From positions 1 to 27,916 of IMG/VR virus record IMGVR_UViG_3300027804_000022: a DNA stretch of 27,916 nt; one strand, written 5' to 3'. The stretch comes from a virus. Its lineage: Duplodnaviria > Caudoviricetes. Below, one piece after another: positions 25,922 to 27,916 of the stretch (position 1 is its first letter; the number at the start of each line of letters is the position of its first letter). Position numbers and translations under genes: made by a program. A model generated the notes under the pieces. The model searched no databases and was not told the DNA's origin. It saw only the letters and a program-made list of their open reading frames with translations.

Positions 25922-27396
25922 GCTACATCATCGTTGATCTTGACGGCACGCTGATCCTTGACAATGAGCAGCCGAATCAGCCGCTGATCGATCTCCTCAA
26001 CGAGGAGGTCATGACTGGCGATAAGCAACTCATCGTGGTCTCGGCTCGCAGCATTGAGCGCCTAGAAGAGACGCGCGCATGGCTTCAGGAATACAAGGTC
26101 GCAGGCGTGGAAGAGGTACACCTCAACGACTTTGACGGCTCGCCATTCGCCACCGGCTTGGCGTTCAAGGAGTACAAGTACGGTCTGCTGAAGGAGCAGT
26201 ACGGCGAGGAGTTGGAGTACGCGATTGACAACGATCCAGCGGTGCGCGAGATGGCTCGCGGCTTGATGATCGAGGCGTACTCACCTGACGAGTATCTCGC
26301 CGACGAAGAGCGCGCCGTGTACGAGGTTCCTGACTACATCCGCAATGCCGCAGCTCGTGGCTTGTCGTTCGTAGAGGACGGTCTTGCAGGCGACGGCTTG
26401 CAGCCACAGACCATCGCCGAGGCGCGCGAACTCGCAGCCGGTCGAGCAGACACCGACAAGGTCATCCGCATGGCCGCTTGGATTCGCCGTCATCGCGGCG
26501 ACTGGGAAGGCGTGCCACAGAATCAGGATCAGGACAACGAGGACTTCCCAGGTCCAGGCGCTGTTGCTGGCTTCCTTTGGGGTGTGGAAACAACTGACCG
26601 CGACGCAACTGATCGCGTACTCTCGTGGGCAGATGCTTTGATCGCGGCTGAAGATAGGGAGATCATTGATATGAAAGAGAAAGAAACTCGCTCACTTCCG
26701 ATTGGCGAGTACCGTCTTGCCGAGGCTGATGCTGACGGTCAGCGCACCTTCAGCGGCTATGCTGCGATCTGGAACAGCGCGAGCGCTGGTCTACCATTCG
26801 AGGAGCGCATTGCGCCTAACGCGTTCAAGCGTTCACTGGCTCGCGCATCCGCAGGGCAGAAGATCATCTCCTTCCTGTTTGGTCATGACGAGACGCGCGC
26901 TCTGGCAACGACCGCGAGCGGTCGCCTTCAGTTGACCGAGGACGAGACTGGTCTGCGCGTTGAGGCGAAACTAGATCCAGCCGATCCAGACGCTGCCAAG
27001 GTCATCTCGATGCTGACGCACGAGAGCGCCGCTGCCGGTATGTCATTCGGATTCCAGAAGGTTCAGGATGCGTGGGATGGCAATCAGCGCACGATCAAGG
27101 AAGCCAACCTCTTCGAGGTGAGCATCCTTGCTGCCGGTGGTCAGACCCCTGCCTATCCTGCAACCCTTGGTCTCACGGCAATCCGCCAGGTCACTGCGCC
27201 AAAGATCGGCGTAGAGGCTGAGGCGTTGATGGCCACACTTGAGTCAGTCAAGGCTGGACGAGAACTGTCCACCGAGGAAGTGGCTGTCATTGATGCTGTC
27301 CGCTCGAAGCTAGCGCCAAAGCAGGAGAAGGTCATTGACCCATCCGTCGCTGCGGCAATGCTGGCGATTGTAGCGGCAGAAGGTGAAGCACTCTAG
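25918..27396 (+). CDS. Three-domain protein: HAD (PNKP-type) phosphatase, unknown helical domain, HK97 prohead protease (S78)
   Basis: DLDGT / VVSAR / K / AIDND at the N-terminus; GYAAIW, FGHD, GMSFGF, LFEVS, PAY at the C-terminus; TTG start with CAGGAG RBS. Confidence 0.88.
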   Translation: MSYIIVDLDGTLILDNEQPNQPLIDLLNEEVMTGDKQLIVVSARSIERLEETRAWLQEYKVAGVEEVHLNDFDGSPFATGLAFKEYKYGLLKEQYGEELEYAIDNDPAVREMARGLMIEAYSPDEYLADEERAVYEVPDYIRNAAARGLSFVEDGLAGDGLQPQTIAEARELAAGRADTDKVIRMAAWIRRHRGDWEGVPQNQDQDNEDFPGPGAVAGFLWGVETTDRDATDRVLSWADALIAAEDREIIDMKEKETRSLPIGEYRLAEADADGQRTFSGYAAIWNSASAGLPFEERIAPNAFKRSLARASAGQKIISFLFGHDETRALATTASGRLQLTEDETGLRVEAKLDPADPDAAKVISMLTHESAAAGMSFGFQKVQDAWDGNQRTIKEANLFEVSILAAGGQTPAYPATLGLTAIRQVTAPKIGVEAEALMATLESVKAGRELSTEEVAVIDAVRSKLAPKQEKVIDPSVAAAMLAIVAAEGEAL

Positions 27397-27507
27397 GTCT
27401 CGTGCCTGCGCCCCACCGCCCTGAGTAGGCGAGTCCGCGTTAGAGCAACCCACCGAGGAGAGCAAAGTAGATAGTCCGCCTATGTGCGGAGAAAGGAAGT
27501 GGACACT

Positions 27508-27916
27508 ATGTCCGACTTCGCAAATCTCGCTGACAAGCGAGCGAACCTCCTGACGGAGGCACGCGGCATTGCCGTTGAGGCCGCCGATAAGGGAATCGCC
27601 CTAGAGGGTGAAGACAAGGCGCGCTTCGAGAAGCTCGTCGCAGAGGCTGGCACGCTTGCCGAGGCGATGAAGTCCGAGAAGAACGCTACCGAAGCACGCA
27701 AGGCTGCTGACGAGGCTCGCGCCGAGTTCGCCGCTGTTGTTGCTCCTACGGCTCCTAAGGCTAAGACGGACTCGGAGCGCCTGCGCGCTATCGGTCTTGC
27801 TGGCGGCACGGACTCGTTCGAGTACCGCGATGTGACCAAGAGCAGCAACCTGGGCGATCCAGTTGCCGTGTTCCCACGCGTCAATGTTGTGGCTGGTCAG
27901 ATCAACCCATTCATCA
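27508..27916 (+). CDS. Major capsid protein, 5' part (coiled-coil delta/scaffold domain; continues at nt 128)
   Basis: AAAGGAAG RBS; MSDFANLADKRANLLTEAR..., open and in frame with 1-855. Confidence 0.92.
   Translation, partial: MSDFANLADKRANLLTEARGIAVEAADKGIALEGEDKARFEKLVAEAGTLAEAMKSEKNATEARKAADEARAEFAAVVAPTAPKAKTDSERLRAIGLAGGTDSFEYRDVTKSSNLGDPVAVFPRVNVVAGQINPFI
27790..27916. repeat. Terminal direct repeat, copy 2
   Basis: Identical to 1-127. Confidence 0.95.

Noticed and set aside
27790-27916. 127-bp terminal repeat as a biological terminal repeat
   Set aside because: The length equals a common assembly k-mer and it falls inside the capsid gene; it indicates circularity only.
1-27916. CRISPR array, diversity-generating retroelement, intron/intein, integrase or stop-codon reassignment
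   Set aside because: I saw no repeat-spacer array, reverse transcriptase, recombinase or splicing motifs; TAA, TAG and TGA all end well-defined genes.

Overview
A complete, circular, HK97-fold siphovirus genome of 27,789 bp. The last 127 nt duplicate the first 127 nt, and the major capsid gene runs across the junction. All credible genes are on the + strand. Order: capsid, head-tail joining, tail (with a CCCAAAC -1 frameshift), tail fibre, a secreted PA14 protein, lysis; then a sigma70-type promoter and an early region (YqaJ exonuclease, Rad52-like annealing protein, putative replication initiator, EndoVII, dNMP kinase, resolvase, methyltransferase, RlpA-like protein); then a structured non-coding cassette, HNH, GT4 glycosyltransferase, terminase, portal and prohead protease. 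I recognised no integrase, repressor, polymerase, primase or helicase. Most unusual: (1) an 85-nt CCA-ending RNA with an alanine-type G3:U70 acceptor stem and T-arm but no D-arm or anticodon arm, resembling a stand-alone tmRNA tRNA-like domain; (2) a single ORF fusing a cysteine-peptidase lysin to a holin-like domain, with a perfect internal RBS and in-frame ATG; (3) a PNKP-type HAD phosphatase fused to the prohead protease; (4) three hairpins with anti-Shine-Dalgarno loops; (5) apparent genome-wide absence of CCCG/CGGG and ACGT. All calls come from reading motifs by eye; no searches were run.
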